Assembly (NCBI RefSeq): GCF_006345805.1
Contig: NC_043012.1
Coordinates: forward strand, 47,926,001-47,990,000
Direction: 5' to 3'
DNA from: Octopus sinensis
Taxonomy: Eukaryota
DNA: 64,000 bases
Below, one piece after another: positions 28,140 through 41,310 of this stretch. How positions within the stretch are numbered: position 1 is the first letter of the stretch; each line of letters opens with the position of its first letter. The position numbers were made by a program, and so were the translations under genes. The notes under the pieces were generated by a model. The model was not told the origin of the DNA. It did no database searches and saw only the letters and a list, made by a program, of their open reading frames with translations.

Positions 28140-28408
28140 ATTTCATCTTTAAGAAGAATATCATCATTTGCGCCATGATCAGAATTGTCATCGTCGTCGT
28201 CGACGTCATCATTATTATCATCAGCAGCATCAGCAGAATCGTTAAGTATCTGACATTACTGCCGTCGTCGGCATAACCACCACGTCCACCATCAGCAAGA
28301 TCATCACCGTCAGCATCACCGCCACCAACACCATTTCCAATGCCACCAACATCCCCATCAACACCAGCAGGTACAGCAGCAGCAGGTGAATAATAATAAT
28401 AATAATAA

Positions 28409-28448
<40 letters not shown>

Positions 28449-28887
28449 AAGTAGAAGAGGAAGAAAAAGAAGAAGAAGGAGGAGGAGGAGGAGGAGGCGG
28501 AGAAAAAGAAGCAGAAGAATAAGAAGTAGAAGAAGTAAAAGAAGAAGAAGAAGAAGAGAAGAAGAAGAAGAAGAAGTGAAAGAAGAAGAAGAAGAAGAAG
28601 AAGAAGAAGAAGAAGAAGAGCAACAACAACAACAACAGCAGCAGCAGCAACAACAAAAACATCAACATCAACTAGTAATAGCAGCAGCAGCAGCACCACC
28701 AGTATTGCTGCAATTGAAGTAATTATTAATATTAATGTTCCTTGGTGCCAATGTTAGAAATAAAGAATATTATCATTATCCGTTGTATTTTCGTTTATAT
28801 TTTTTCTCCATTAATATTCTTCCACCAAAACATTTGTCAATATAAGAAATCCGCAAAACGGTGTGATTGTTGTTGTAGTTGTTGGTA

Positions 28888-28966
<79 letters not shown>

Positions 28967-29067
28967 CATTATTATTATTATTATTATTATCATCATCATC
29001 ATCTTTGTTATCATTGTTGTTGTCCTCGCCATCCTTATTATAATTACTGTTGCTGCTGCTGCTGTTG

Positions 29068-29125
<58 letters not shown>

Positions 29126-29130
29126 TGGAC
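28140..29130. repeat. Compound trinucleotide repeat block (CAT/GAA/GGA/CAA/TTA)
   Basis: Directly visible. It gives homopolymeric ORFs in several frames. Confidence 0.9.
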
Positions 29131-31787
29131 AAGTATCGCTTGAAGATAGTAAAAGAAGTATCTATCATTTCAAATTAGTCACCATTCGAGGTTGGTCCCC
29201 ATCCACACGAAACTCCCGCTAGCTTCACGCTCCTGCTTCTTCTTGTATAATCATTTTTTTTTCTTTTATTCATCTTCTCTTTCTTTCTTTTTATATTTTT
29301 GGTATATGTCTATGCGTGCAGGAATAGCATTCTATTGCGTTGTTTCCTGGAACGGGAAGCTGTTGCGACTACTAATGGTTAATTCTGAAGCAAAAATATA
29401 ATAATAAATAAACGTACAAATAAGCATCTCCTTTTAAATACGAAGTAATACATATTTCGGTATGAAATGAGTTCCTTGAGGCTATCCAGAAACAATGTGA
29501 CAAAATTTTACGTGTTTTTTTTTTTAGGTGACATAATTTTTTTTATTTTTCATTTCGTAGGAACTACGTTCAATTTTATTTATATGTTTTATATTTCCTC
29601 CCACTTTACACGTAAATGCTTTGGTTTGGAAAATATATTCCTGAGAGAAAAAAAAAATCTCAAAATGTGTTATGTGCTTAAATATATTTGTCATATTTTT
29701 ATAGTTTTCGCATTACAGTTTCTAGTTTGTATTTCTTATTTACGGTCTTCAAAGATGGCAACGAAGTTGCATTTTATATTTCAGTCTTGTATTTCATTTA
29801 TAAGAATATTTTGCGTAGGCATCGCAGAGTGGCAAAAAAGTCCGCTTCACAATATCTTGGTGCCTTGTTTAAACCCGGTGGGTGCTGCATTATTGAAGTG
29901 TCTTCAACTAAAATCGTATCAACTCCAGTGCTCTCAGAATCGGATTTGGTAAACAGAAATTGTAAAGGACATTCTTAAGAAAATGTGTTTATCTTTTACC
30001 CGCAGCAGCGGCTGGTTAATGTTGTTAAGGTGAACAATTATCCTGTGGTGGACACTTGTACCCCACAATTTCATGTGGTTAAGGGACTAATGTTCAATTC
30101 AGCTTCTAGGACAAGACATTCTTTAATTCTGTATCGATTTTCTTTTAATTGTTTATCAGTAACAGATTGAGTGACCGGAATCTTGCCAAAGTCGGTACAG
30201 TAGAAATTTATTAGGCAAACATTTATCAACTCGTAGAGTTATTACCTAATAACACTTAGAATCAACATCTGTCTTTTTTTTATTATTAAAAGACTTTGGA
30301 ACAGGTTGAGGATTTCTTAAAGAATGCAACTAAAATGAATTAAATCCTATTCACCGTGTTAAACGTAGTACATAAGAAATACAACTTTTTCAGCAAAACG
30401 TGTTCTAATTTAAGGATGGAAGCAGTAGTTATGCTAATACGTGTGTGTGTGTATGTGTATGTATATTCATATATATGTATGTACACAGACCGCATGCACA
30501 GGCACATATGTAGGCACACATTGGATAGTAGGATTCGAGCAAAGAAATAAAAGCTTGTATTGGCAATATGCCAGTATAAAGTGTTCAAAAGTAAACAAAA
30601 GTGGGGTGGCTGTCACAAATACGCATGCTATCCCTCCTTCCTTTTTACCCCAAATTTATTTAGGATGCTATATTTTCAATAATAAATATAACTGCGTGAC
30701 CTCAACAATTGGTTTGCAAAATTTCAAACAATATTCACGCATGCACTCACCGACAAAGAGACACACAGAACAGACGTACACAGGAGCACACATACACAAA
30801 GACACATGACCACAAACACACACACTCACACACACACACATTCACATACAGACACGCATGCACACATAAACACACACGCCCACATACTTACACACGCACT
30901 CACGTACGATTAGTCTTGCACTCTTTTAAATTTACTTGGTTTCAATCCTTGAAAAAAAAAGAGAAAAATAAATTTCCACAATTTCAGTTTTGTATAAATC
31001 TGCTACTCTCCCTCACGCGTCTCCAAATGCCGTCCTCAGCCACATAATAACTTTCTATATGATTTAGGACTCGACCACATATTTCTGCATGCGTAGATAA
31101 TTCTCGAACCAGCAGGCAAAATTAGAGCCTCGATACGATGAATCGACTTTCTTGAAAATGTAAACTGACATTTGAAAAAATTTTTTAAGTATTTAAATCC
31201 ACTAATCACATGACACTATTATGAAATCCATGAAGGTCCGCTTTTAGAGATTAGACAAAGCTATACTCTTCCATACAGAATACATAACGTAACAATGTTA
31301 TATAATAATGAATTTATTTATCGTATTTACTAATTAAATGTTCGTTGAAAAATAGTTATCGAAATACTGTGGCATATGATGTCTATAAATACCTCATTTA
31401 TCTCAGAGGTATACATAGATTCGAGTATGGAATTTGATTGTGACGCCACACACAACACACACACGCACACACTCACACTGGCACGCACGTGCGCGTGCAC
31501 ACACGCGTATGCAAGTAGGAATCGATGCTACATTGAAAACCTCCCCCATACACACAAATACAAACACATATACTCAGCAACAAAGACATATAACTGGGGA
31601 TATATGTATGTATCTCCATGCGCATGCGTGTGAGATTAAGCGTTTTTGTACGTACGTATGTATGAAAGTCATTATTCAGTTTTATTTCAAGATGTCTTGC
31701 CTACAGAGAAAGAGCCGGTGTTTAACCTAGATCCAAGGCTCCTTCATTGGAATTTCACCAACATTAAAATGTATGCATGTATGTACT

Positions 31788-31995
31788 CTTACTCTTTTAC
31801 TTGTTTCAGTCATTTGACTGCGGCCATGCTGGAGCACCGCCTTTAGTCGAGCAAATCCACCCCAGGACTTATTCTTTGTAAGCCTAGTACTTATTCTATG
31901 GGTCTCTTTTGCCAAACTGCTAAGTTACAGCGACGTAAACACACCAGCATCGGTTGTCAAACGATGTTGGGGGACAAACACAGACACACAAACAT

Positions 31996-32030
<35 letters not shown>

Positions 32031-32160
32031 CATATATACGACAGGCTTCTTTCAGTTTCCGTCTACCAAATCCACTCACCCAAGGTGCCACGCAGTGGGA
32101 ATGAACCCAGAACCATGAGGTTGTTAAGCAAACTACTTACCACACAGCCACTCCTGCGCT
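31788..32160 (-). mobile_element. Near full-length SINE family B with internal deletion
   Basis: tRNA-like head (reverse complement of ...GAACCCAGAACCATGAGG...CTTACCACACAGCCACTCCTGCGC), short internal microsatellite and tail TTACTCTTTTACTTGTTTCAG on +. It lacks about 40 nt that are present in the 53865-54032 copy. Confidence 0.85.
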
Positions 32161-32254
32161 ACTATGTATGTATGTATACGTAAGAATGTGTACGTTTCTT
32201 TTATGCATATATTTTCATGAATATAGTTGCATGTCTAGACATGAGCATATATAC

Positions 32255-32579
32255 TTACAGGATAAACATCTGGAATGTTTTACAGATTTTCACAGTTCCA
32301 GTGGTGGCTTGAATCTGTAGTCTTCAAATTAGCTTTCTCCTTTCTGGTTTTAAGAATCCTAATTTATCAAGATTGGTATTTCGGTAGTGTGTTACATATC
32401 CTAGTGCCCTAATAATTACAGGCATAAACCTGAAATTGTAATCTGGATAAAATAACTGCAGATTTTTCAATAGTTCAGCGTAGGTATTCTCTTTTTCGCT
32501 GGTCTTTAGCTTTATGTTAACATCCACTGGGCAGCTAATTTCCACAACTGTACACAGCTTTACTTCCCTATCATAAATC

Positions 32580-32582
<3 letters not shown>
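32255..32582 (-). pseudogene. C-terminal restriction-like endonuclease (RLE) region of an R2/R4(Dong)/NeSL-type non-LTR retrotransposon
   Basis: DREVKLCTVVEISCPVDVNIKLKTSEKENTYAEL...PVIIRALG...LDKLG, continuing after one stop as RLQIQATTGTVKICKTF. This fits the E(I)SCPxDxN...K.EK..Y...GALG pattern of RLE LINEs. Confidence 0.75.
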
Positions 32583-32617
<35 letters not shown>

Positions 32618-33292
32618 TGTAGTATGTATGTATGTATGTATGTATGTATGTATATACGTAATACATCATACTTGCCGAATATATTTTCATGGTTTTATCT
32701 AGGAAATTCCACGTAGTGACATTCCTGCTACAACTGTCAGCATGGGAACTCAGGAGGGAATACAGTATCCTTCGGAATAAAACCTCAGATATTATTTTAC
32801 CATATTTTAATAAATATGTTTACTTCAGTTCAGGAAGTTATCTTCCTTGCAGTCTCCTGTCGGAAGTCATGGTATAAAATACATATTTATGATATTTGGT
32901 TGAATTGAATACATTTGAATCAATAGAAAATCTCCTCTCACAATCCTTAGGCTACTGCAACGAAGATTTTCACAAATGTAATCTTGATCTGGTTCTTCAA
33001 AAAATGCTCCAAAATGTTTTGAAGTGTAAAAATGGTGCGTAGTTGTTCAAATGCATGTGTGTGTAGCAGAAAAAATGATGTGAACGGACGCTGTTGAGAA
33101 AGTATTTGAACGAACAGCTCGCAGAGATTTGCAACTTTTTGTAATCTCCTAAGTTCATTGATAGCGCTTTCCGCTAGAAAATAGTGTCGCGAAATCAACC
33201 AAATTTTATTACAGACATACGTATCTGATTAGTGCTATCAAATTTCCTGAGACTGCGATATCAGGTCGACGTTCTACTATCGAGATAGAGTG

Positions 33293-33355
<63 letters not shown>

Positions 33356-33388
33356 ATGTATATATATATATGAGTGTGTGTGTATGTG

Positions 33389-33420
<32 letters not shown>

Positions 33421-34439
33421 TACACGTATAAAAGTATAATAGGATAAAAGGATATAAAGAGAGAGAGATAGATACATACATACATGCACATATATACACA
33501 TAAATATATGCATGCATATATATATGTATATATATTTGTACATATATATATACACATATATATGTGTGTGTATGGGTATATATATATGTGTGTGTGTGTG
33601 TACGTATGTATATAAACATATAGTTGTGAGTTTCGATATACAGAGAGGTAGAGGGAAAAGAAAGAGAGACAGGGTGAAAGAGACTGAGAGATGGTAACTA
33701 TCAATTTATATTGAAATATAAACACATCAAATTAGGATTATATACACAGGGGCAAGAAAGTTACTCAGATACGAACGAACATACAGGTTCATATGTAAGA
33801 ATGAATTTGTATTAACATCACTGTGAAACCTACAATGTGGTGACTGATTCGGGAGAAAATTAAAGAATGTGGCTCTAGGCTGAATATCGTTGCTTTCAGG
33901 AAAGGGGAAAAGCAGCACCGAAATCTGTTGACTGCACGGGAACAGCATAAGTATTCGTTTGACATCTGTCCCCAATAAACTGCTAACTAGAGTCACTAAC
34001 TTTCATCATGTTACTAACTACCTTAATTAGCACCATTAAGAGAGAAGGAAATACTCAAGACGACGGCCGATAAGACTATAAATTCGTATTATTGTCACTA
34101 AGACCTTGTGGAAACTGCTAAGGAGTGCATCCCAGTGTCGACACATATGACCAGATATCGTTCGATGAGATAGAGAGCAGAAATCCCTCTCTGCTATAGA
34201 AACTAGCTGTCCAGCAGATGTAAATATACACGTGCGTGAGCGTGCTCGAATGTGTGTGCGTGCATGTTTGTGTGTGCGTACGTGTTTGTGTGTGTGTGTG
34301 TGTGTGTGTGTGCTTGTATGTGTGTGTGTGTGCTTGTGTGTGTGTGTGCTTGTATGTGTGTGTGTGTGCTTGTGTGTGTGTGTGTGTGTATGCCAGATTG
34401 AGTCAAGTGTTTCTTCGGATTTTCAGTGATGATGTTTAG

Positions 34440-35530
34440 CAGCTTGTTCAAAAGTTGCTGTATTGTTTATTGTCATGAAATATATAAATATTAATTGTTT
34501 ATTCTTATTTTTTCAACCTCAGATAATGAGTGGGAAAGGCATTGCAATTAGAGCCATTTTATGTTGTCTATGGTGCAAAGAGAGTGGCAAGGAAAATGAA
34601 TGAGGTGGACAGCTCCCAAACAGTCAACGAACGTGATACAAAGCTGATTGAGGTGTTTCAAGGAAGATGAGGCCAGTCTCGGAAACAAACCAAGGTCAGA
34701 GAGACCTTTTGCTGCAGATGAGGCTTTGCTTGACATAGTTAAACAACAGCCATGCACAAACAGTCCTATGTTGTCAGAACTTGCTCCTTCACCAAGCCCC
34801 ATCAATTGACACATCCATAAGCTCGACCTTGTGAACAGACGCCGTCGAGAATCTCCCTATGAACTGGCCAATGATCAGCTCAACCATATGTAATCATCTA
34901 CAAACATTCGTTCTGCAAATTCTCAACAAACCTGTTTTTCGTATCGAATTGTAACTGGGGATGAAAAACGGATCTAATATCGAAATTCGAATAAGATAAA
35001 TCAGTAGCGTTGTTTTGAAAAGCCTTCGGAACTCGTTATCAAAAAGTGCGATGCTAATAGATGGCCGTATTTTGTGTTTGGTGGAAACTCGAGGGGTTGT
35101 TGCACGTGACACTTGCTCGAGATGGTCATGCTGTGAATGTAGCCTTTATGCACCACAAGTGCAGCCATTATATGATAGTTTTCAACCAGCCTTCACGGGC
35201 ACTGGTCATTCAAAGATGTACGATCCTACTGTATGACAATGCTGCAACAAGCAATGCAAATGTGACCAAGTGCAATCTTGAGGAACTTGCGGGTATAGAA
35301 GTGCTGCCCCATCCTGCCTACAACCCAGACTTAGCAGTCAGATAGCCACATCTTCCGAGCCATGGTTCATTTTCTGCTTGGAGGAACAAAAGTGGATGAG
35401 CTTGAAAACGGGCGCTGGAACATAACTGCCTCTAAGCCAGTCACATTTTATAAATGTGGAATTGAGCTTCTTGCATATTCGTCGGGAACAGACAAGAGAA
35501 TCTGCCACGACATATTTTGATAAAAAAACG
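34440..35530 (+). mobile_element. Decayed mariner (DD34D) transposon, second family
   Basis: RIVTGDEKRI (D1), LLYDNA (D2) and HPAYNPDLAV/DSHIFRAM (YSPDLAPxD-like, frameshifted). TIRs are not clearly retained. Confidence 0.8.
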
Positions 35531-35601
<71 letters not shown>

Positions 35602-35606
35602 AAATA

Positions 35607-35763
35607 ATATGTGACAATTATTCAATAGCCAAGATAAAACTCTGAGTTTCGGATGCCGAGGTGGAAATCCACAACACCATCTCTTCGGTTATCTGGCCAT
35701 CTGAAAAACCTCGGCATCCGAAACTCAGAGTTTTATCTTGGCTATTGAATAATTGTCACATAT
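35607..35763. repeat. Perfect fold-back palindrome (56-bp arms, 45-nt spacer) containing a hammerhead motif
   Basis: 35607-35662 is the exact reverse complement of 35708-35763. Confidence 0.95.
35628..35697 (-). ncRNA. Type I hammerhead motif with CCGAAGA (U4C) core
   Basis: Minus strand GCCAGATAA-CCGAAGA-GATG...CATCC-GAAA-CTCAGAG-TT-TTATCTTGGC. Stem I is 6+3 bp, stem II is extended, stem III is ACTC/GAGT, and the triplet is GUU. Confidence 0.7.
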
Positions 35764-36049
35764 CATTTTGCAGATAAATTTCCTCTATTTACATAATATT
35801 GACGTCTCTTTCTTTCTTTTGTTATCTTACCGTTTTTACCAATATATTTATATATATCTTTTTATATAAATATGTATAGTTTTGCTTCCCCTCCCTGTAT
35901 ATATATATATATATATTATATATATATATATATATAGGGAGGTTATTATTCATGTATTCATGAACATAAATAGTAAAATGTTGTTTTCTATTTCATGGTG
36001 GAGGTATATACAGTTAACTCAAGCAGAAGTTCCAGTCATACGATCTACC

Positions 36050-37048
36050 ATGTCCACTCAAGAAGCCAAGAGACAACGCATTGCAGATTTGCTTCGAGCC
36101 GGGGTTGCAACTAGATGTATTGTTGAGACTGTCGAGGCCTCTGTAAAGAACAGAATGCTCGATACAGGAGGCATCAAATGAAAGCAAGGAAGCGGAGGCA
36201 TAATTAAAAAACCGGATAATGTATTTCTTAAATCTCTGAAAGACAAAATTTCGAAACACACAACAACACCATGGTAAAACTGTCCATGGACCTGAAAGTT
36301 GATTCAAAGGACATCAGAAATGTTGTGCACACCGAATTACTGTTGTGATCATACGTAAGAACCCCAAGACGCCTACTGACCCATCAAATAAAAACCAGAA
36401 GGCATGAAAGGGTAAAAAAAGGTGTTGTGCTACCTTAATCACAGTGTATAAACTAGCAAAATCTTTTCATATGGAAAAATCTTAAACGCTGAAGCTGTTT
36501 TAAACCGTCACAATGATCGATAGATTGCTAAGTCACCTTCTGAAGTAAAGAGCGTCTTTAGGACCAAGCGCCCAGCTCAAGGGATGCTAATCGGCGTCGT
36601 GGCATCTAACGGTAAAAAGATGCCTCTCTATTTTTTCATGCCTGGGGAAAAGTTGGGGGCTGAAGTTTATTATAAAGTCCTGCGGTATAAGATCTTGCCT
36701 TGCCTGAAGTCTAACGATTCCAGTGGTAACTATGTGTGGACCCAAAATGCTGCTCCTGCTTATACCGCGAAGAAAGTGCAGAAATTCTGCAAAGAAAACT
36801 TTGCCGACTTTTGGTCTGCCAAATGCCGGCCTTCTTCCAGCCCAGACTTGAAATCCCTGGACTATGTCATATGGGGAAAATTGGATCACTCTATCAACAA
36901 AACTTCGTGTCCAAGTGTTGATTGTCTTCAGCAAGACCTGAGGGAAGAGTGGGACAACATGCCTGAGTACTTCATCATGAAGAGTTGTGACGCCTTCAGG
37001 TGGCCTGTGAAGGCTGTGGTGGACAATGAAGGTGGACATATTAAATGA
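36050..37048 (+). mobile_element. Decayed maT (DD37D) Tc1/mariner-superfamily transposase
   Basis: N-terminus MSTQEAKRQRIADLLRAG. ORF 36584..37048 has WTQNAAPAYT (D2 changed to N) and PSSSPDLKSLDYVIWG, with 37 residues between D2 and D3, and ends AVVDNEGGHIK. Confidence 0.85.
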
Positions 37049-37168
37049 TTTGCCTCTTTATACCCCTATAAAGTGTTAAAATTACATTTATGTCAGGCTG
37101 CTGGTTGTAAAATAAACAATTTGGTGAATTATCTAATTATCTGTTATTTTCTAAGTTTTGCTTTCCCA

Positions 37169-37221
<53 letters not shown>

Positions 37222-37552
37222 TCTCGATATATATATATATATATATATAATATATATATATATACATTCTCAGCCATATATTTTATATTCAGAATAGAAT
37301 GATAGTGACGTATTCCTAGTTCTTTATAGCCAGAGTGTCAATGTGACTTGCACTTTATACGCCAATGGTGATCTTATTTGTGGTTATGATTATCCTGTGC
37401 TCTCTGTGTATTTTTGCAGTAAGTTGTGCAATAAGGATTTATTTCATCCTCAACTGTTTATATTTGAAGGGGCTTTGTAAAGCTGTGTATATGTTGTCCA
37501 CTATTCGTCTTTTATGCGTAGAGTTGGCAAATATTCCTCATTATAAATGAAT

Positions 37553-37773
37553 GGAGGGCGATGAGCTGGCAGAATAGTTAGCACACCGGGCAAAATGTCT
37601 GTCAGCACTTTTTCTGGCTTTACGTTCTAAGTTCAAATTCCGCCAGGGTTGACTTTGATTTTTATACTTTTGGTGTCGATAAAATAAACACCATTTGAGC
37701 ACTGGAATCGGTGAAATCGACTAGATCGCACCCCACGAAGCTTTCAGGCCCTGCCCCTATAGTAGAATAGGAT
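37553..37773 (+). mobile_element. tRNA-derived SINE, family A
   Basis: GGCGATGAGCTGGCAGAATAGTTAGCAC...GTTCTAAGTTCAAATTCCGCC...GTCGATAAAATAAACACC, homologous to 1-158. Confidence 0.85.
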
Positions 37774-39459
37774 ATGGAGGCATTGTGAGCCAAAGTGATT
37801 TTCATGTTTGTGGGGTTTTTTACTTTAAAAATGTCTTTGTTTTCTAATTTAAGGCTTATTTGTGAAATAAGTAGTAATTTAGGGGTTAGTAAAATGCATT
37901 TTATGGTTAAGAATGTTTTTATAATGTCTTCAAGACCCTCATATATTAAGAAGATATAAACAACACACCTTTATCTGTGGTTTATATATTTTTAATATAT
38001 GAAGTTCTTGATCGATATATTACTTGTATTTCTAAAAGTATTTCGCCCTTTGGTTTGGTTTATTTGTTCGTCAGCGTAGTTGATATAAATAGTATTTGAT
38101 TTATACTGTGGATTTCTTTGCATACGTTTTCCTTAGAGGAGAAGTATCTGAAAAGCCTTCATGTACCATCTGTATTTATGTGGCCAATCGCTGTCTCCAT
38201 GCAAGCGTTGTTTGTATCTTTAGTGTTGACAGAAGTGCTACATTTTATATTTTCTATCAGAATAAATATATATTCAAATGGAGTTACTATATTTGCAAGA
38301 GTTATATTTGTGACATCACTATTGTGGGTGTTGAATTTTACTACGAATTATTTTCTAAGTTTTACGTTAATTTCGCAATGTCTCAACTACAACGAGATTT
38401 TCATCTTCATACTGGCTTTTATATCTTAGTATCACTTTATTTTCGAAATAACAAGTCTCAATGAAAAGTTGCTTGGCAGCAATAAACGAAAAATGAAAGT
38501 CAGGATTGCAGTGAAAGACAATACACACAGAAATTCAGGATAAAGGAAACTGCCAAGCGGAAATTCTTCATGTGAATAAAAATATTGATAAATAAGTAAA
38601 TAAGAGACATTTGCTATGCAATATATACGGAGCCCTAGATAATATAGACATTTCTGTCACAAATGCATTTATATATAAAATTCTCTGCAAAAGAAGAATT
38701 GCTACAACAGGAAGAACATCAATTCCTGAATCTCAGCGTTTACGCTACCCAGGTAAAATTACGCACCCACAAAAATGTACAAATAAATAGAGGGGGAAAA
38801 CAGTTAATATTAAATTGCGTTATCAACCCTTATGATACATGAAAATATTCTGAAGAAATTACTAACGTCATATGGATCAGAAGTTCGATGTCCATAAGAC
38901 AAATTATATACAGGAAAAGATGGAGCAACCTATGGAGCAACCATAGGTTGCTCCATGCGATCGAGGCAGCCTGCGTAACGATAATGTAAAAATCAAATGA
39001 AAATGAATCAGAATGTATGATGAACCTCAGATATAGGGATGATATAGTTATTGTAATGAACACACCGGAAGACTAACATCAGTTACAAATTGACTTAGAA
39101 AAAGACTATTAAAATGTAACATCAAAAACAGTACAAATAAAACTACAAGGAATGCAATTACTTCAATTCTAGGCAAGCGTTCTGATGGAAAATAAGAGAC
39201 ACATGAAGTCTTTTTACATCAAAAGAAAAACAGAATGCATCAATGTACCCACAGGTGTAAAATATCAGTGGTTATATATTTACTGAAATGAACATTTAAA
39301 TTCAGTTTCTCGAATGATAGTTTACATTTAGAAATTCATAGAAGAAAAATACCAGTCAACAGCCGTTATTCTAGCACAGTTAAAACATGACACATAACAA
39401 ATACAATCTTCGGGCTAAATTTGACAGTTTGCATAAAAGGAACATAACACCACATCTCC

Positions 39460-39770
39460 AATTTAAAAAAATATTATCAAATAGATTACGGCTGAGAGAT
39501 AACAGTTTACTCAACGCAGCTGCCCTCAGCTTCCTCTACGGTCTTGAAACGGCTTCAGAACTTGCCACATGAGTTCCTCACTGTATCTCAGGAAGATCTT
39601 TGAACATCTGCTTCTCCTTGGCCACAGCTCGGATTTGGTGTTGCAGGCAGAGCGATTGGGCGTTTTATCAACTGCACTCGGCATATAGTTATCCATGAAA
39701 TTGCAATCGGAGGAATTTGGAGACCAGATATTGGGGCAGGTGATGTAGAAATTCCCAGACACATTCTTTC
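39460..39770 (-). pseudogene. maT-type transposase C-terminal fragment
   Basis: IWSPNSSDCNFMDNY...ACNTKSEL resembles WPPNSPDxNPxDY...ACNTK of DD37D transposases. Confidence 0.65.
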
Positions 39771-40100
39771 AACTTTGGATTTAGAGATCGATATCGACTT
39801 TATTGTTGGTGTGAGCATTCCGAGATCGTTGTGAACAATTGCTCCTAAGTCTCTGATATTATTTGATGCTATAAGTAGTTTCCTTGAAAGAAAAATAATA
39901 AGCTTATTTGAGTGCTTTCTCTTTTCCAAAGTGCATGAGTTCAAAATTTGCCTTATGTAACCGCATGTTGTTTTCTCCCCAAATTGCCTTACTGTATGTA
40001 GATCAGTGGAGGGAAAGACAGAAGTGGACTTTAGTCTTTTTCTCCACTGGTAATTTTCTGAAACTTGGTGTCATCTGCGAATATTCCTGCTCTGATTGAT
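39770..40100 (-). pseudogene. CR1-like reverse transcriptase fragment (FADD motif)
   Basis: Minus-strand frames give GIFADDTKF, then GENNMRLHKANFELMHFGK and NIRDLGAIVHNDL, separated by frameshifts. Confidence 0.7.
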
Positions 40101-40163
40101 GAGTTGTTATCCATATAGACTATGTATATGTGTATATGTATAATTTATGTAAGTATGTATGTG

Positions 40164-41310
40164 TGCATCATCATCATCATTGTTCGACCGTGGTCGAGAC
40201 AATGGAAATTACCATGCAACGCCAGACTTCACGGTCCATCATAGCATTACGGAGGTCCTGTTGCTGGATGCCTGTATCCCTGGAGATTACATCAGGGTAG
40301 GAGACGGTGCGCCCTCTGGTATTACGAGTAGATGGCTTCCAGAGGAGAAGAGTAGAAATTGCCTGGTTTTCAGCTCTACAACAATGTCCAGCAAACTGGA
40401 CTCTCCTACCTTTCACAAGAGATGATACAGGTGGTAGTTTCCCATATATTTGCATTTTGGTTGGATGACGCTTCCACGAGAGATTTTGAGCTCTCATAAG
40501 GAGGCGATTGTAAGTTCCATCCAACCGCCTCTCAAGCTTCTTTGATAACGTCCAGGTTTCTGAGCCATATAGTAGAATTAGTTCGACTGTGGCTTTGAAG
40601 ATTTCAAGTTTGAAGTCTCTACTTAGATTTGATGACCAGATCTTATGCATGTCATTACAGGCTGACCAGGCCATACCCTTTCTAGTTAGAAAATCTTTTC
40701 CAGATGATGATATGTTTGACCCAAGATATTTGTAATCAGAAACCATAAACAGGCATTTGTTTATATATTCAGTCTTGGCCTCATTGAGGTAAAGACTTAC
40801 ACAATTGAGGCTTGTTCGAGAGACTGGGCATTGGAGAGAGAATCACTGATAAGAGCGATGTCGTCAGCAAAGTCAGTGTCTGTCAAGTATTCAGCTGGGT
40901 GTCTGGAACTTCTTCTAGGATTTATTTCAAAGTCCTTGCCAGAAATGGTATCAACTAACATACGTAGCACCTAGTCAACAACAATGATGAAGAGAAATGG
41001 GGCGAGTGTGTCTCCCTGCAGTATTCCGGCTTGATGATGTTTCCCCGTCAGGGATTAAGATGGTTGAAGACGTATCTGTGTAGAGGACATTGATGGCAGA
41101 AATGATTTTGTCTGGTATTCCATAGAGCTTAAGGATTTCAAACATCTTGTACCTATCTACAGAGTCGAACGTTTTAGAAAAGTCCACAAACACCATTGCA
41201 AGATCGCGATTAAATGCTTTTGATTGTCTGCGTAGGCATAGTATCTGGCTCAGCGTTGAGCGCCCATGTCTGAATCCATGTTGGTTCTTTCGGAGCAAAG
41301 GTTCAATGTG
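40164..41310 (-). mobile_element. 5'-truncated RTE-clade LINE with RT domain and (ATG)n tail
   Basis: NQHGFRHGRST...VFVDFSKTFDSV, TDFADDIAL, YKYLGS...LLYGSETW...QFAGHC. The ORF ends in a TGA that runs into (ATG)n. A low-complexity TGTGTGCAT occurs at both ends (40160, 41309) and is a weak TSD candidate. Confidence 0.92.

Noticed and set aside
32947-33198. 83-aa minus-strand ORF as a host exon
   Set aside because: It has a plausible acceptor, but I recognise no domain and see no partner exons, so it cannot be supported from sequence alone.
38096-38464. Very degenerate Penelope GIY-YIG remnant
   Set aside because: Only vague Cys and VIF resemblance across frames, with no convincing motif.
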